Position numbers and translations under genes: made by a program
NCBI GenBank assembly: GCA_964016885.1
Contig: OZ024740.1
Location: 356,500,001-356,564,000, forward strand
DNA from: Eledone cirrhosa
Lineage: Eukaryota
Length of the DNA stretch: 64,000 nucleotides
Direction: 5' to 3'
Part shown: piece after piece, positions 36,801-52,108 of the stretch
How positions within the stretch are numbered: position 1 is the first letter of the stretch
Layout: the number at the start of each line of letters is the position of its first letter
Notes under the pieces: generated by a model
Database searches by the model: none
What the model was told of the DNA's origin: nothing
The model's input: only the letters and a program-made list of their open reading frames with translations

Positions 36801-37689
36801 AAATAGATTTATACACTTTAAATGAAAAAGAAATGTATTTATATATGAAAGTAAAGCAATTACCCTAACCCTATTCAGTTCCAGATTTTCAAAAACATTT
36901 TTCATTTCATTCAAAGAAAAAATATACTCTTACATATTTTCAATTTCGGATATTGTAGGTTTCAAAAAAGTCCACACTAAAACAAATGAGTAAACGAATT
37001 TATTTACTTTCAACATCACTTTCACACACAACAAAATAAATTAATAAATAAATATATTTGATTTTAAGTAAACATGCTTTTCTTTTTCTTTACATCAGTC
37101 AATTGACGATTTTAAAGAAGATAGAATTGAATAAACTGAATGTGAAATTTTCTAAATGTTGTGTATTCATGTGGTTACAGGAAATAATTTCTTTGAATTT
37201 CCAGAGAAATCATCCTATCAATTTGTGCTGTGATAATGGACAGCTGCTATTTCCCACATCTTTCAATCCACCATCTGAGTTTCAAAATTGTCAACTTCAA
37301 ATATTGATATAGGTATCAAATTTAGACATAACGCATGAGCTTAGATTTTGATGATGAGTTTGATGATGAGTTTTTCCATCGAATATCTTCACATTTATAC
37401 GCTTCACCATATCAGGAACCACAATTCGTACATACATTTACGCTACGGTTTATCAGCAAGATTGCTGAATGACAATAGTAGACACAGCTGTGATGACATC
37501 CTTATTAAAATGATATTTAAAACATGAATCCTCTTCTTTCGCAAATTCAGTAAAGCACAATTAGCGATTTAAGCTAAGAGCTCTATATTATTTTCTTAAA
37601 ACAATTACTGAACATGCAATCGACACACTACAGAAAAAGGTGCAGAATTATGTCAGACGTGAAAAATCTCACAAACAGGTTGCAGTCGA

Positions 37690-38010
37690 GTGTGCTACTG
37701 GTAACATGTAACACATGTTGAATGGTCGCGCATTCGGTGACTCAACCGGCAACACTGTCAAGCATGCCTGATGTGGAGGATGATAATTGGACACCCTGTG
37801 GGTTGGAAGAACTCATGAGGTTCAATGGCCATCTAATAGTGTCCATATAGGAGTTGTGATGTGAAGAGTGTCAATCTATATCAGCGTTTGGATGGATGAC
37901 ATTGGGAGCGTCGAGAGTCGAGACCAGTACGCATGGTCGAATATTGGTCTTCCACATAAACCTCCTACCCTGGCTTGTGCCTCGGAGAACTTTCGAGATG
38001 CTAAGTCTAT
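37690..38010 (+). mobile_element. Possible decayed 3' end of an RTE-like LINE
   Basis: Weak remnants (VEDDNW..., RDQYAW) recall RTE C-termini. No intact frame. Confidence 0.35.
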
Positions 38011-38012
38011 TG

Positions 38013-38100
<88 letters not shown>

Positions 38101-39399
38101 TCGAAGGTCTGTTTTGCTAATATGCCCCACACGGGTAAATTTATGGGGAAAACGAGTTGAAAATGCAGTTGGAATCTTTCAGAAGCTTTATTTACAATAA
38201 AGTTACATGCGTTTCAAAACTGAAGAGAGATGGAGACATCTGTGGCTATGCTGACATTTAATTTGCATCTAATTGATGTTGGGAATATTTTTCGGTTTTA
38301 TACAAACATGTCGCTCAGATTGCGATATGTTTGAAGTAAAATTTGATAGATTGAAGATCACATAAATAGGCGTTGAATTCTTTTTTGTTAATTTCACGCC
38401 AAAGATCGGGAGTGTTTTTCAGGATTTAGCAGAAAAGTGACTCAAGTTTAAAATATAAGCTGATAGGCGAAGAATCATCACGTGATTAGGCATGGGGTTT
38501 GGTGATACTTTCGAGTTTGGCCTGTAGCATTTCATGGCTTTTGTATTCAATAGTCAACTGCAGTTGCTATTGTTCTTGTTTCAATCCCCCCAAAAAATCA
38601 AAAATACAGGAATTTTGTTTATGTATGTTTGTGATTGTGCGTGTTTGTAGCTAGTATTATTGTTTCCTGCTACGTCCGAATAACATTAACAATGACAGCA
38701 ACAAAAACATAAATAACAACACTAAAAATAATAATAATAATCTTTATTATTTTCATCAACATCATGATATTGACGACTATAATAATAATGATGATGATAA
38801 ACCAATCAGAAAAAGTTAAAACTTTGATTCATTCAAGAAAGTGGAAAAACCAATTATTGAAATATTGAATGAAATATTACAAAAATATAAATAAGGAAAT
38901 ACACGCAATGTATAATGCGGGTTGGGTGATGGGCTCTTGGCCTAGAGCGCAGCGCTGTTGGGGCGGCGCCCCGCGGACAAGACCGCAAAAACATTTCCGC
39001 AGACAATGGCCAGCGACACCCGCTGCAATACCCACTCCAAAGAACATAACTTGTACGTGATTATCTGTGTGTGCGCGTGTGTGCGTTGGGTTGTTATGAT
39101 TCAGTAAGTAACCGGGTGCACAAATGTATTTTCTTTTATTTATTCTTTTGTGTTCTGTGTGTGTCTCTCTGTGTCTCTGTGCATGGTACAGAGGATCGTG
39201 TTTTATAAAATAATAATTGTTTCTACTTTAGGCACAAGGCCAGCAATTACCCAGTGCATTACTGGCAGCAACAATAGCAATAATAATGATGATAATAATT
39301 ATATTAACAAGCTGAAGAATGTTATGTGTGCAGGTATGAGTGGGTTGCTAGAAACTATTCAGACGTGGTTTGTATTTTTGAATGAATATGTTTTCCTCA

Positions 39400-41060
39400 T
39401 TTATTCATGTTTGATCTGTGGCATTATCTCGACAGCGATATAATGGAGAACCTTGGAATTCGGAGCGATTTTTTCGTTGCACACAAATAAAACATCTCAC
39501 TAAGTGGTATCTCTCTTGTGGCGGAGTCATGCAATTGCTGGAGGTGCATTACCATTTTCTTTCTGAGGGTGTATTTGGTTTGCTCTATATACTCTTCGTT
39601 ACACCCTTTACATTTAAAGACATATATTATATCTTTTGTGAACAGATGAAATTACTTTTTACAAAATTTGTTTGTCCTGATTTGATTTTGTATAGTGCGC
39701 TTTCAATGAGGTTAATGCAAGTTTCACAATCAGCGTGACCAGACCTTTCGATGTTGTGGTGGGTAATTAAATGAAACTGAGTAAATTTTAAAACGATTTT
39801 GGTTGTCTTTTACTTTTCATTAGTTTCTGTGTTTCAAGTTCATTATTGGGTCTTGTCTCAATAGTGGAATGTTCTTGTGGATAATGTGGTATGCCTCCGC
39901 ATTTCTTAGATTGTGTGTTGAGATATAGGTTAGAGTATTGGATGTATCTGAAGTTGTTTTGTGTTCTTGGTAATTCTTGAATGTCTATTACTTTGGCACG
40001 TTCTATTCGGTAGTCTATTAATAATTGTTTCTACTTTTGGCACAAGGCCAGCAATTATCCCAGTGTATTACTAGTACTTTATTTTATCGACCCCGTAAGG
40101 ATGAAAGGCTAAGTTAACCTCGGCGGGATTTGAACTCAGAATGGCAAGGGCCGTAACTCTATGCATCGCTGGATACTGTCTTTCGAGTAGAATTTATTTT
40201 AGTTCTTGGAGTCTATTATTCCGAGATTCCTGATTTCAGACAATTGTACAGATGCGTCTTGCTAAATTAAATGGCATATTTATCTTTGTGTGTTTGGGTG
40301 GCTTTAGCTGTAAGTATTGTTTAGAATCCGTTGGTTTGTGGTAAATGTAAGTTAAATAGTGAATGTGGTGAATGTAAGTTTAAATAGTTGTGTCACATTA
40401 GGAATGAAAGTTGGTTTTGAATATATTCCATTCTGAATCGGATATTATTATTGATGCTGTTAATTAGGTTCTTGAATTCATTGAGTTGTGTGCTTCCATG
40501 GATTGAGACAGTCATCCAAGTGGTGTATCGAGAAAATATTTGTAGAAATTCATTTCATATTTTAATCTGAATTGTTCATATATCTGGACTTCCAAATATG
40601 CCATGATTAGATCGGCGTAAGTCGGAGGAACGTTTGTGCCCATCACAGAACCCGATATTTGTTTGAAAGTATTGCCATTGAAATAAAAAAAAAGTATTTT
40701 CATGGAATGTATTGTCCCACGGTAATTAAATTTTTTCTATTCTTTCCGGGATTGAATTAGGGAATTTTTCGAGCCGGAATCCTATTGCCCCTAGTGCGTA
40801 TTGGTGTGGGATCATAGCGCAGAGGTTTACTACATCAAAAGATATAATAATAGTGTCTTTGTCGACGTTTTAGGCAGGTGGTTTAAGAGGTGCAGGCCAC
40901 CTCTTATAAGGCATGGTATATATTTCAGAATTGGTTTCAGTAATAGGTCTATAAAGCTACTGATTCTGTGTGTTTCATAATATTTAACTGAATAAACTAA
41001 TAACAAGGATAAGCTTACACCCTTATTATCTGTTTTCAAAGAGTATCCACTCCAGCACAC
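39400..41060 (-). mobile_element. Decayed Penelope-like element interrupted by a SINE
   Basis: ISSFIDLLLKP, FKQISGSVMGTNVPPTYADLIMAYLE and a downstream remnant resembling YKPTDSKQYL. A SINE sits at 40018-40165. Confidence 0.75.
40018..40165 (-). mobile_element. SINE lacking its 5' end, inserted in a PLE
   Basis: Same family consensus as 3346-3551. Confidence 0.85.
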
Positions 41061-41300
41061 ATCAATAGAACATTAAAATACACGAACGAGCAATCCACTC
41101 TATCAATAATAGCTTAAATAAATACATCAACACGATATTTCTAATCAATTAGACAATATCAACAAATAATAAACACCAGAGAGATGCGGCTTAGGTCCAT
41201 ACGACAGTTCCACAAGAGGTTAGAAGAAATCAACTGAGTGTGTTTTCGAACACATCAGTGGCAAGTATTTTATGAAATAATTGTTTATACAGCAATTAAA

Positions 41301-41655
41301 TCAGTGCATTACTGGTATTAATTTTATCGACCCCGTAAGGATGGAAGGCAAAGTTAACCTCGACAGGATTTGAACTCAGACCGTAAAGGGCCGTAACTCT
41401 ATACTGCATAGCATGGTGTTCGACTCTCTAGCGATACTGCTAATCTACCGCCCTTTATCAAATAATTGTTTCTACTTTAGGCACAAGGCCAGCAATTACC
41501 CAGTGCATTACTGGTACTTTATTTTATCGACCCCGTAAGGATGAAAGGCAAAGTCAACCTCGGCGGGATTTGAACTCAGATCGTAAAGGGACGTAACTAT
41601 GCTGGAAAGCATGGCGTCCGACCCTCTACCGATACTGCTAATCCACCGCCCTTTA
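41301..41655 (-). mobile_element. Two tandem SINE copies
   Basis: Copies at 41301-41456 and 41461-41655, each followed by tttatcaaataat. Confidence 0.85.
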
Positions 41656-41762
41656 TCAAATAATGTTTACAAATACCAAATGAATGCACCCAAGATACAA
41701 GTTAACGTACTATGTTATTATTAGTATAATGTAGAGGTGTGGTAAATGGCGTTAACAGAGAC

Positions 41763-41835
<73 letters not shown>

Positions 41836-44800
41836 GATAGTAGCTACGGGTTCTCCTTAAAGGCCAACATTCTTGGCGTTCTACGTCACAATAACAGCAA
41901 ATACTGTTTCACCAAATCTTAAAGAAACAGTATACACTTGATAAGAGAACAATATAATTGTCGTAATGGTCACACGGAAGATCCTGAGAAATTAAAAGAA
42001 GACATAGAAAATAATTCCATACTAAAATGTAGCATTGGAAACAATATAATTAAAATTTAATTCTAAGTCATAAACGTTCAGATAGAAAACAACAGATATA
42101 TCCATTCCCTTTACATGAAAGACACAAATATAAGCATGAGACAGTAAATGCCAACGCAAATACAATATGTCTGTAACAACTTATATATGTACCTGTATGT
42201 ATGTGTGGGGGTGCCTTCAAACATGTGCATGAGTGTGCATACGTGTGTGAATGTATATGAGTATGTGTGTAAATACACACATTCTTCGATCATAAAGGGA
42301 ACATCGATTTTTTATTTAAAACAAACAGCAAGACATACATTTGGGAGCCACGGCTTTTGTTGAATTCGATTGTTATAGTGAAGCAATTCGATTTTCTTTG
42401 GCTTATAATTCGGAAAAAATGTTTTAGTTTTTTTCTTTTTTATTCCTTCATTTTAAATCTGTTTCCAAGATATTTGTTCTTTGTTAAGGTTTATTGTCAT
42501 TTCGTTGTGCCTTTTAATGTAATATATCTCTAGTTATTGGCTCTCTTTGAATAGAGTATGCATGTGTTACTTTCCAAAATGTGAAGAATTCATTCACTTG
42601 ACAATGAATGCCTTGGCCTTGGTTCAATCTAAACGTGGGTGAAATAATGAAAACCGGACAAGTAATTAAGAAACATTCATTGCATAATCTATTGAAATCA
42701 ATAAAAATTTTGAGCCGGAAAAGAAAATGAGCTCTGACTTGAAACGATAAGAAGAAACATAAAAATATCTAAACATTTATGGCAGGAGGTATGTAATCAC
42801 TCCCATATCAACACGTCATTAGGAGATCACTAGAAGAATTTTAAGCTTTTAAGACACGATTTAAAAAATCTTTGTCGAAGAAAAGAACAGTTTCTCAAAC
42901 TATACAAAATAAGAGTTTAAATTGTTTCCAAAAGATTATCTTCTGAGATAAATTTTTTTTTTTTCTTTTAAATAGTATTTGCATAATTCCCAAGACATTG
43001 AGTGATATTTTGACAGAATATTTCTTCCTGTTACCAACACAACTATTTAGCGGTTGTGTATTTCAACAGCCAAGATATTGCATCAATATTTGCTCTCTCC
43101 TATAAACTGATTATTCCAGTGCATAATACAAAATTAATGTTCCAAACGTATCGTTATCTTATTAATCTAGACTTTGCATTGTGATTTCATAATGCTTTTT
43201 GCTCGTTTTAGAAAATTAGTCAAAATATTCCTCACCGATCATGAAACCGAAATAGTGTTTTGTTCTAGACATAATTCACAACTACGGTCTATAGAATCTA
43301 TATGGAAGATTACTACTTCAAACAAGCACAAATAAAATGTTAAAGGCAAAGGAGGATTATTTGCAGCAGTAAATTTAATGTGTTTATTGTTCAATGGCAC
43401 CGAAGTGTAAAAGAAAAAAGTGACATTTCGGAATCATTGGTCTTCAACAATCATAAAGTATTTGGGTATTGAAATAAATTTGTTAATGACCCCGCGAGAT
43501 GAATGTTACATGACAGAACCTAAATAATTGATGAATGCCTGGTATTTACTTAACTTACGTTAGACATTTAAAGGGACTTAAAAACTGTGAGAAAATATAA
43601 AGTGTAGCATTCAATATTGGATTTTGATAAGCATTAATAAGATTTTTGCTACTTAGTCAGAGAGAGAAAGAGAGAGAGAAAGAGAGAGGGGGGGGGGAGA
43701 AAGAGAGAGAAAGAGAGAGAAAGACAATACCCGTAGATATTTTTTGGGTGTCTACAACTCATGGATAGTGAGAGGGAGGTAACTTTAAATCAAAATCTTA
43801 ACTTGAAAGCCCGTTTAAAGAAGGAACCTTTGCCTAAGTCATCCAGGGAGTAGGTGGAGGTCTTAAATCGGGATACATATAAAACTTATAAACTGTGAAA
43901 GCTACAACAGAATTAGTAGTTAGAAAGCAAGGATGCAGAACATATACTGCAAAGCATTTCTAGTACTTTGTCTTATGGAGTTGGATAGGATAAAAAACAA
44001 AGTTGACCTCGGCAGAATTTGAATTTAAAATAGCCAGAAGTATTATTAATAAGAAAGAACCCACAGGAACGTGAAGTACATAGCAAAGAACACAAAATCT
44101 ATACGTAAATATTCGATGCTTATATAAGTCAATCATCTATAGAGCTGAGTTTATATCCTAAGAACCTGGAGAAAATCCCGGATATAAAGTACATGAAAAC
44201 GAATAAGGTTAGATGTAAAATCTATTTATAACCAATTAGCTTACTTCCAATCATTCAAAAAGAGACATGCCATAGCATTATGAAGATATGAGAATATAGG
44301 AGTCTAATTCAATACACGTAGGCATGAAATGGTAAATCATCGAAAGTAACATGTCCTATTTAGGTGCAGAAAATCAATGTCCGTGCAGCTCAAATGAAGT
44401 ATACAATTCCACACAAATATTTGAAGATGACGGAATGCTGTTTATCATAGGGCTGCTAAATCAACAACAGCTGGAATTATGTAATACGCCATACTCACTC
44501 GCAACGTAGTATATCATTATAGATACCTTTACTGTTGTTTCGTTTTGGAATTTACATGATTCCGTCATTATAGTGTTATATTATGAATTCATGAACAGCG
44601 AGAAATTTTAATTAATGGTCATATAGTCCCTCGATTTTATATATAAATAAATGTAAATTCTCTTGATCTTTCATTGAGGAGAAAGGTTTTTTGAATTGAT
44701 CTAATTACTTACCCATGTAAGTTTCAGTCCTATAGAAATTAAGCCACCTTAATTAAAGTATACGGTGTGTGTTTATCAGAATATAACAAATATATGGGAA

Positions 44801-46842
44801 AGAATACTCAATGATCGCTACCCCAATGATGCCAACCCGGACAGTGTGGAGGAATGCTCTCCATCTTGCAGGATTCCAGATGCAGACTGCATGCTCCAGA
44901 TTATTCAGCAGAAAATGAGTACCTGCAGGGGCTGTTGGTTGGCCACCATGTGGGCCACCGGCCCCACGTCCAAGCAGGTTATTAACCATGAAGCTGGTAC
45001 ACGATTCAGGCTTCGTCTAATCCGTTCAAGCCCAAAGAAACGGATGACATGAAACTCTAACTATATATATGTCTATAATCATTTTCGAAGTATTTAATTT
45101 CATTTAATATCTGTTCATATTTTACTAAATCGTATAAACCACTGTAGTATTGCAATAACTACGAAACTAATCACCACTATCAGCATTGTTTGAAGTGGAA
45201 TATTGAAAAAATATGTTGTTGACAAAATTATATTGAGTTTTAACCGAGATATTATCGAAATATATGGACTTCACTTATAAATATATTTAAAAGATAATTT
45301 AGCCAATTTAGTGCCACTGCCAGACACTACAGAAGTAAAAAATATATATACAAGATTTCGCTCAATTGTGAACCAAGGCCTTCCCACATTAGTAACTAGC
45401 AACCATTCTATAGCGTAGTGCAGACAAAAGTAAAAGGAAATAAACAACTGAATTTAACTAATTACAGATTTTGTGGTGGTGTTTTCCAAATACCTGGAGG
45501 CTGTTTAATGAATAAAAAAGGCTGAAGTAGACTATGACAAATACGTGTTCAGCCATACTAAATACCTTCATTTATTTTAGACTGGTGAATTAGAAGTGAA
45601 AATAGATGTATGTTGTTGTGGAAGGTGTGAGTTATGGAAGGCAAGAAACACATCAGAAGCATTAAAACATCGACATCGTGACAGACAGTAGGCCGTATTT
45701 AAATGTAATCATAGTGATATGTGAACGAAGCTTAACGAGTGAGTTCATGTAGGAAATTTGATTTCGATTCAGAACGAATGAGAAGAGTGTATGTATAGGC
45801 AGCATTTAGGATATGAAATGCCTAATAAACATGACGCGATGTTGTCAGATATCTGGTGTCATCTGATGGTTTGGCTTTCAAACCTTTTTAAATAGTAGTG
45901 AGAAAGGATGCATGTCTGGTTATGGACAATTGAATCACTTACGATTCACTCTGAATAGCAAAATACCTTTCAAAATACATTTCAGAAAATGATCTTTTGT
46001 TTACTCCCAGAAAAACATCTGTTGTTTACTTCGTCGCAATTTATTGGTATTAGCCGTCGTCAAAATATGTTTTCTTCTTACGACTTGAAAGTAATAAAAA
46101 ATTCTAGGTTTCGAATTCAAACAGAAATCTGTTATATATTTGGCTAAAGATTTTTCTATAACTGGTGTATATTATGGATTCACTCACTCTATTGTCATGT
46201 AGTGCAACCATCACCAATACATGGAAGTTTTGGGATATTTCAAGATTGAAACATATTTCTTATTCCATATCTGTTGGAGATATAATCCTTTATTTCTCAG
46301 ATAATTCAAATAATGAATTTGATTATCGGTAATGCTATATTTTTATATTATATTTTGTGTGAAACAATAATCAATTTCCATAGATAGAAATAGTATCAGC
46401 ACAGTTTAAAGAACCTTTCTGTGTTCCTATTGAGACATTCGTTCTTCTTAGCAGGTTGATCTATCACGAGATTGTACCACTAAAGGATTCTTATTTAGCA
46501 TGACATCATACCGAAGCCTTTTCAAGTTTCATCAGCAACATACGCGCCAATCATTAAAATCATTTCAGTTGCTGACAATTGGCGTATGTAACACTATTTA
46601 AATATATGAATTGGAGAAAGCAATAGAGAAAATATAATAGATCTAACGTAAAACGTAACCCACCCCATTCACTCTATTTCTTTGAACAAAAATCATTATA
46701 TTCCATGCTATTTCCATTCTTGAAAAACTACGTTAAGACCTATAGAAATTGAGCTTGCAAAAGTAAATTAAGGAATCTATTGTGGCATTTCACATACAAA
46801 CTTCAAAAACTAGGCTTATATTCTGTAACACACACACACATC

Positions 46843-46876
<34 letters not shown>

Positions 46877-46929
46877 CCAGAAATAGCCGTCGAAACGGCT
46901 TGAGCTCTGCCGTCGGGGTCATACTTTTT

Positions 46930-46967
<38 letters not shown>

Positions 46968-47447
46968 GTGTGTGTGTGTATGTTTGTGTGTATGGTGGGG
47001 AATAGATGTGGCTGTATGTATGTGTAAATATTTATCTTGTATATGCAGTCACAATGTATTTACTTAGATATATCTTTTTGTTGTATTTCCGAATTTCAAG
47101 ATACGCTAGCATGTTGTTTATAATGTTATATTATTACTGCAAACTATCAATCAGCTTATTATCCGTAAAGTCTCAGGCAAATTATATTCAGAATCAATCA
47201 TATAACAAAGCCTGACTATCATTTATGCAAACGATTTTCTAGTAAGTGAAATGTCTTCTTGCGTATTTTGTTTTGGTTATACTATCATGCTTCCCACTTG
47301 ATATAAAAAGAGTTCTATCTGGACAGTGGCGCCCAGATAAGAGAAATTAGCGTACTAAAATCCTGATTTGTATTAGATCCTTTAATAAAAGAAATACGAG
47401 ATATTCAATGATAACAAAACCCCTCAGAAACACAACTATCTATCGCC

Positions 47448-47502
<55 letters not shown>

Positions 47503-47750
47503 GTTTTCACCATTCAGTATCGGATAATAGTACTGGCTTGCTTATGGTTATCGGTATACAGATGTTATGCAATGATCCGAAGAACAGAATACGCCGCTTA
47601 TCGTGTGTAATTTGAATTATTGTAAACGACTTGAGAATACTAGAAAAAGTAAAAATGGTGATGCTGCCATTGAATCTCTCACAATTCACACATAGACACA
47701 CGCTCAGACACACAACGTTTTTCTGTTGTCTTCGCCCACTGTTTGGATTC

Positions 47751-47941
47751 AATTGGCAGTATCAGTAGAGGATTGGACGCCATACTTTGTAGCATAGAGT
47801 TACGGCCCTTTATGATCTGAGTTGAGTTCAAATTCCGTCGAGGTTAACTTTGCTTTTCATCCTTACGGGGTCGATAAAATAAAGTACCAGTAATACACTG
47901 GGGTAATTAATTGCTGGCCTTGTGCCAAAAGTAGAAACAAA
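47751..47941 (+). mobile_element. SINE
   Basis: Same family consensus as 3346-3551. Confidence 0.85.
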
Positions 47942-48232
47942 TATATGATCTTAGCCATGCAGGACAGTTTTTCATATATATATGAAAAAAAATATATATA
48001 TAGTAAATGAGTGAAGAATAACATGGATCGGCTGTACATCGGCTGTAAGTGTTAACAATTTTCCTTAGTTTCATTAGTCCGGTGTGTCTAAAAATCGCTG
48101 TTCGTAAGATGCTACGTTACTCGACTAAGGAAATCTCTTGTTGAGTCTAACAACGACGAACGTTAAAACTATCCTCGATACAGAGTACTCGTAACCTCTA
48201 CTTAGATTACCTTAAACGATATGTCGTTAACT

Positions 48233-48310
<78 letters not shown>

Positions 48311-48394
48311 GAGTATATATAGCAGTAATAAACGAACCTAAATTTTAAACATTTGACTTTTTATTTAACTTTATTTTATATATATATATATATA

Positions 48395-48710
48395 TTGTAG
48401 GACCTCAACCATTAACGATAACAAGTGTTCTAGATGTTTGATTAATAGAACGATATGCTCGTGTAACTCACGTGCATGTGGCTGAGTATGCCATAGACAC
48501 GTGTACTCTTAACGTAGTTATCAGCAAAAATGAACGGTGTGTGAGAACGCTAAATCTTACATTTATAGGTACAACTCATTTTTCCAGCCAAGTAGACTGA
48601 AGCAAGACGAAATAAAATGTCTTACTCAAAAACACAACATTCTGTTTGGAATCGATGTCACAACGTTACGCTCATGAGGTGAAGACCATAAAAACTCTGC
48701 CACGGATATT
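48395..48710 (-). mobile_element. Older SINE of a second family
   Basis: gtggctgagta..gacacgtgtac..ttaacgtagtt and gaaataaaatgtcttactcaa..acacaac recall a common octopod SINE (from memory). Decayed. Confidence 0.5.
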
Positions 48711-50107
48711 CACCACATTACATTCACAGAGAATTTAAGTATATAGCAGTGAAACATAAAAAAATATAACTAGTGTCACGAGGAAAATGAACAGCTTTTA
48801 TCACGATTAAAAATCTTAAACCTAATTTTGCTCTTAACGCCAATTGTCAGTTGATAAGCCCAGCTAAATGTGAGGTCGGTTATTTAAAGGAAGATAAACA
48901 ACCAAACCAAGAAATCTATACACCTTCTCTAAATGGCGACGGCAATTTTACAAATAATAGCGATAACAGATTCATTCAATCTTATTGCAGATTTCTATCT
49001 GTCGCTCACTAAATAGGCAATGGTGGCATAGGAGTTATAATGTATATTAGGATAACTATGCTTTAAAACTGAGATTCCACCTATATCAAGCAATCTGACC
49101 CAGACGCTTCTTTTGATGTAAGCATGGGATAGTTTGAAAGTGTGAACATATGCATGTTTTAATAGGATTGTATACCTTAGATATTTTAGATATACTGTTG
49201 TCCCCTATAGCTATTAAATTATGCAAATGGTAAACATGAGACCAACTAGGGAAGGATACCAAAATATTTCTCAGTGTTTTTATTTCATTTTTACTTCCTT
49301 AATTTTTATTTCGATGGTACTTCTACGGCTCCATTATCGATCTTGAACCTCTGATTATTCACTTATTTACATATTGCTTTCCCTACTTATTATTCACCTA
49401 TTGAATTATTAAACAGAGGGATTGTTATCATTGTTTAACAAATATATTCATAATTCAGTTTCATTCAATCATTGATATATCAGTAGAAATGTTGATATAA
49501 AGGGGTTAATATTTAATTACGTAATTGTATATCATTCCATGCATACCAGTTATGTGCGTTAACCACTACGCTAGAGTGCCACTAGCGCCCTATTCTGCCT
49601 CTGAAAATTTCATTCTTGTAGCTAGAGATGTAAACAACCGTTCACTTGAGAAGAATTGAAGACATTTGAAATTTGAAATGTTAGTCGTCTCAACGCAGAA
49701 ATTGTCGATCCCTTTAAATAATAGAGATGTAATATACTAAAGGTTTAGTAAGGCAATTGTCATCAAACTGACAGTTGATAGGGTTAATATAGTTAAGAGT
49801 TGGTGCAGTAATTGAATGTAGGTTTTTATCTCCGAAATCCATTTAGCATTATAAGTTCTTATTCTAACAACTAAGTTCGTGAATATGGATTGGTCAGTAA
49901 TCCATTAGATTTATATGAAATATCGGTAGGCCGCTGAAAAGTTGTTAGAGATTGGTTTGAGGAACTTCTCAGCTACGTTAGTCTTTATATGTTAGTCTAT
50001 TATCAGTCTATTAACAAAATCGTTTAAACGTCACCATTTGATCCAGCTTTTTGTGTTCTAAGTTGAAATCTCACCGAGATCAACTTTGTCATTCATTTTG
50101 GTATTGC

Positions 50108-50302
50108 GGGGGCGGTGGATTGGTAGTATCGGTAGAGGGTCGGACGTCATTCTTTGACGCATAGAGTTACGGCCCTTGCTATTCTGAGTCCAAATCCTAC
50201 CGAGGTTAACTTTGCCTTTCGTCCTTACTGGGTCGATAAAATAAAGTACCAGTAATGCACTGGGTAATTCATGGCCTTGTGCCAAAAGTAGAAACAATTA
50301 TT
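50108..50302 (+). mobile_element. SINE
   Basis: Same family consensus as 3346-3551. Confidence 0.85.
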
Positions 50303-50345
50303 TTGGTGTTGCTAAAATAAAGTACCATTCAGGTTTTAAATTCAA

Positions 50346-50417
<72 letters not shown>

Positions 50418-51598
50418 AATTTTTCTAGGAATTAGATCTGCTTCGTTGCAACAACGACATGAAAAGCCGTTTATGGTATCTTATTTCTCGTAGATAGCCA
50501 CTCCCACTCTATTGTAAAGTAAATTGTAATGAATTCTACAGATATGTGAATACATTGTTCGTTTCTGTAACAATGAAACAATTATCTACCTGGATAACCC
50601 CTTCCACTCTTTTGCACAGGGGGAGCATTATTATCGAGGCTCGGGTAGAATATAGAACATAAACAAGATAATGATTTAATAAAATTTTGTTGAAAGCATG
50701 TAAAGATAGCAGTTAATACGTTTAAATGATATACCTACTGCTTAAATATTTCTACAGCAGATATATTACAATACATGACTATTTAATAAGTGTTACCCCG
50801 TAAACCTATAGTCAGACACACTGTTAAATTCTTGACCCCACCTAGACCAACTTTGCCCTCCATCCATCGTGCCGTTACCTTTCCGTTTACTCAAGGTATT
50901 TAAGAAAAAACGAAACGGATTTACAAATCAATACGTTCTGTCTTAGTAAATGCATATCAAGTGAAATTATTAACTAAGGTGTCGCATTAAATACAGCCAA
51001 ATAATTCAAGTTTAAACTTAATACAATCAATATGACATCACGTTCTAATACCCAAAAGGGATTAATTAAGGATTTATCAGAGGTTCATTAACAGTAGAAG
51101 TTAAGTCTGTATATACTTATTTGTCCAAAATGATCTGAGTTGCAGCTTCAGCTAAGAAGTATATCAGTGTTTATACTTTCTAACTTCATTCTTCACTCTG
51201 TTACATATCATTATCAGATTATAAGACCAAGTAATTTTCTTTCGTTTTTCTCTCTTTCTTAATCAATGCTTTCAAGTTAGAGAACACTCTTACCCGAGGC
51301 TAAAGAAATGATCACCTCATATACTAAAGGTTAACGAAAACAATGACATAACAGAACTTAATTTACTCATCTAAGACTATTTTATTGCTTTATACAACTG
51401 TTCTATTCCGATCAACAATCTTATAGACACCCCCCCCACACACACACACACACATATATGTATATGTGCATGTGAGCGTGTGTGGGTGGTGTGTATAAAG
51501 TCTAACGCAGGGAAGCAACACAATACAATGGGGACATATAAGTTTAAAACCAAATATAGTCGCAGAGTGTCATATGTATCTCTGTCTTTCTCTCTCCA

Positions 51599-51647
<49 letters not shown>

Positions 51648-52018
51648 AAAATCGGAATTAAGAGTATTCCGCAGTTCACTGTAATAATAATAATAATAGT
51701 ATTATTAGCTCAAAGAAGAATAGAGAATTTCCTTCCGAGCTCAAATGCAAGTATATATTACACAAAGAGAAATGTGTTACACAGTGAGATGTGTGTAAAG
51801 AATTATTACAAGTAATATTACCGTTACTGTATAGGGAACAATATCTATAGGTTAGCAATTACATAGAAAAAAACCAGATCAGAATCAAATCTCTGGATTG
51901 GAATTTTAAATCACAAACCTTATAACTATATTTTGCACACATATAATTCTTTACACACATCTCACTGTGTAACACATTTCTCTTTGTGTAATATATACTT
52001 GTATATATATATATTATA

Positions 52019-52068
<50 letters not shown>

Positions 52069-52108
52069 TTCAAAATATTAACAAAATAGGTATTCTTGTG
52101 ATCAAGTA

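Noticed and set aside
46515-46540. CTGATGA..GAAA on the minus strand
   Set aside because: Only 5 nt lie between the core halves, with no helix II or helix I.
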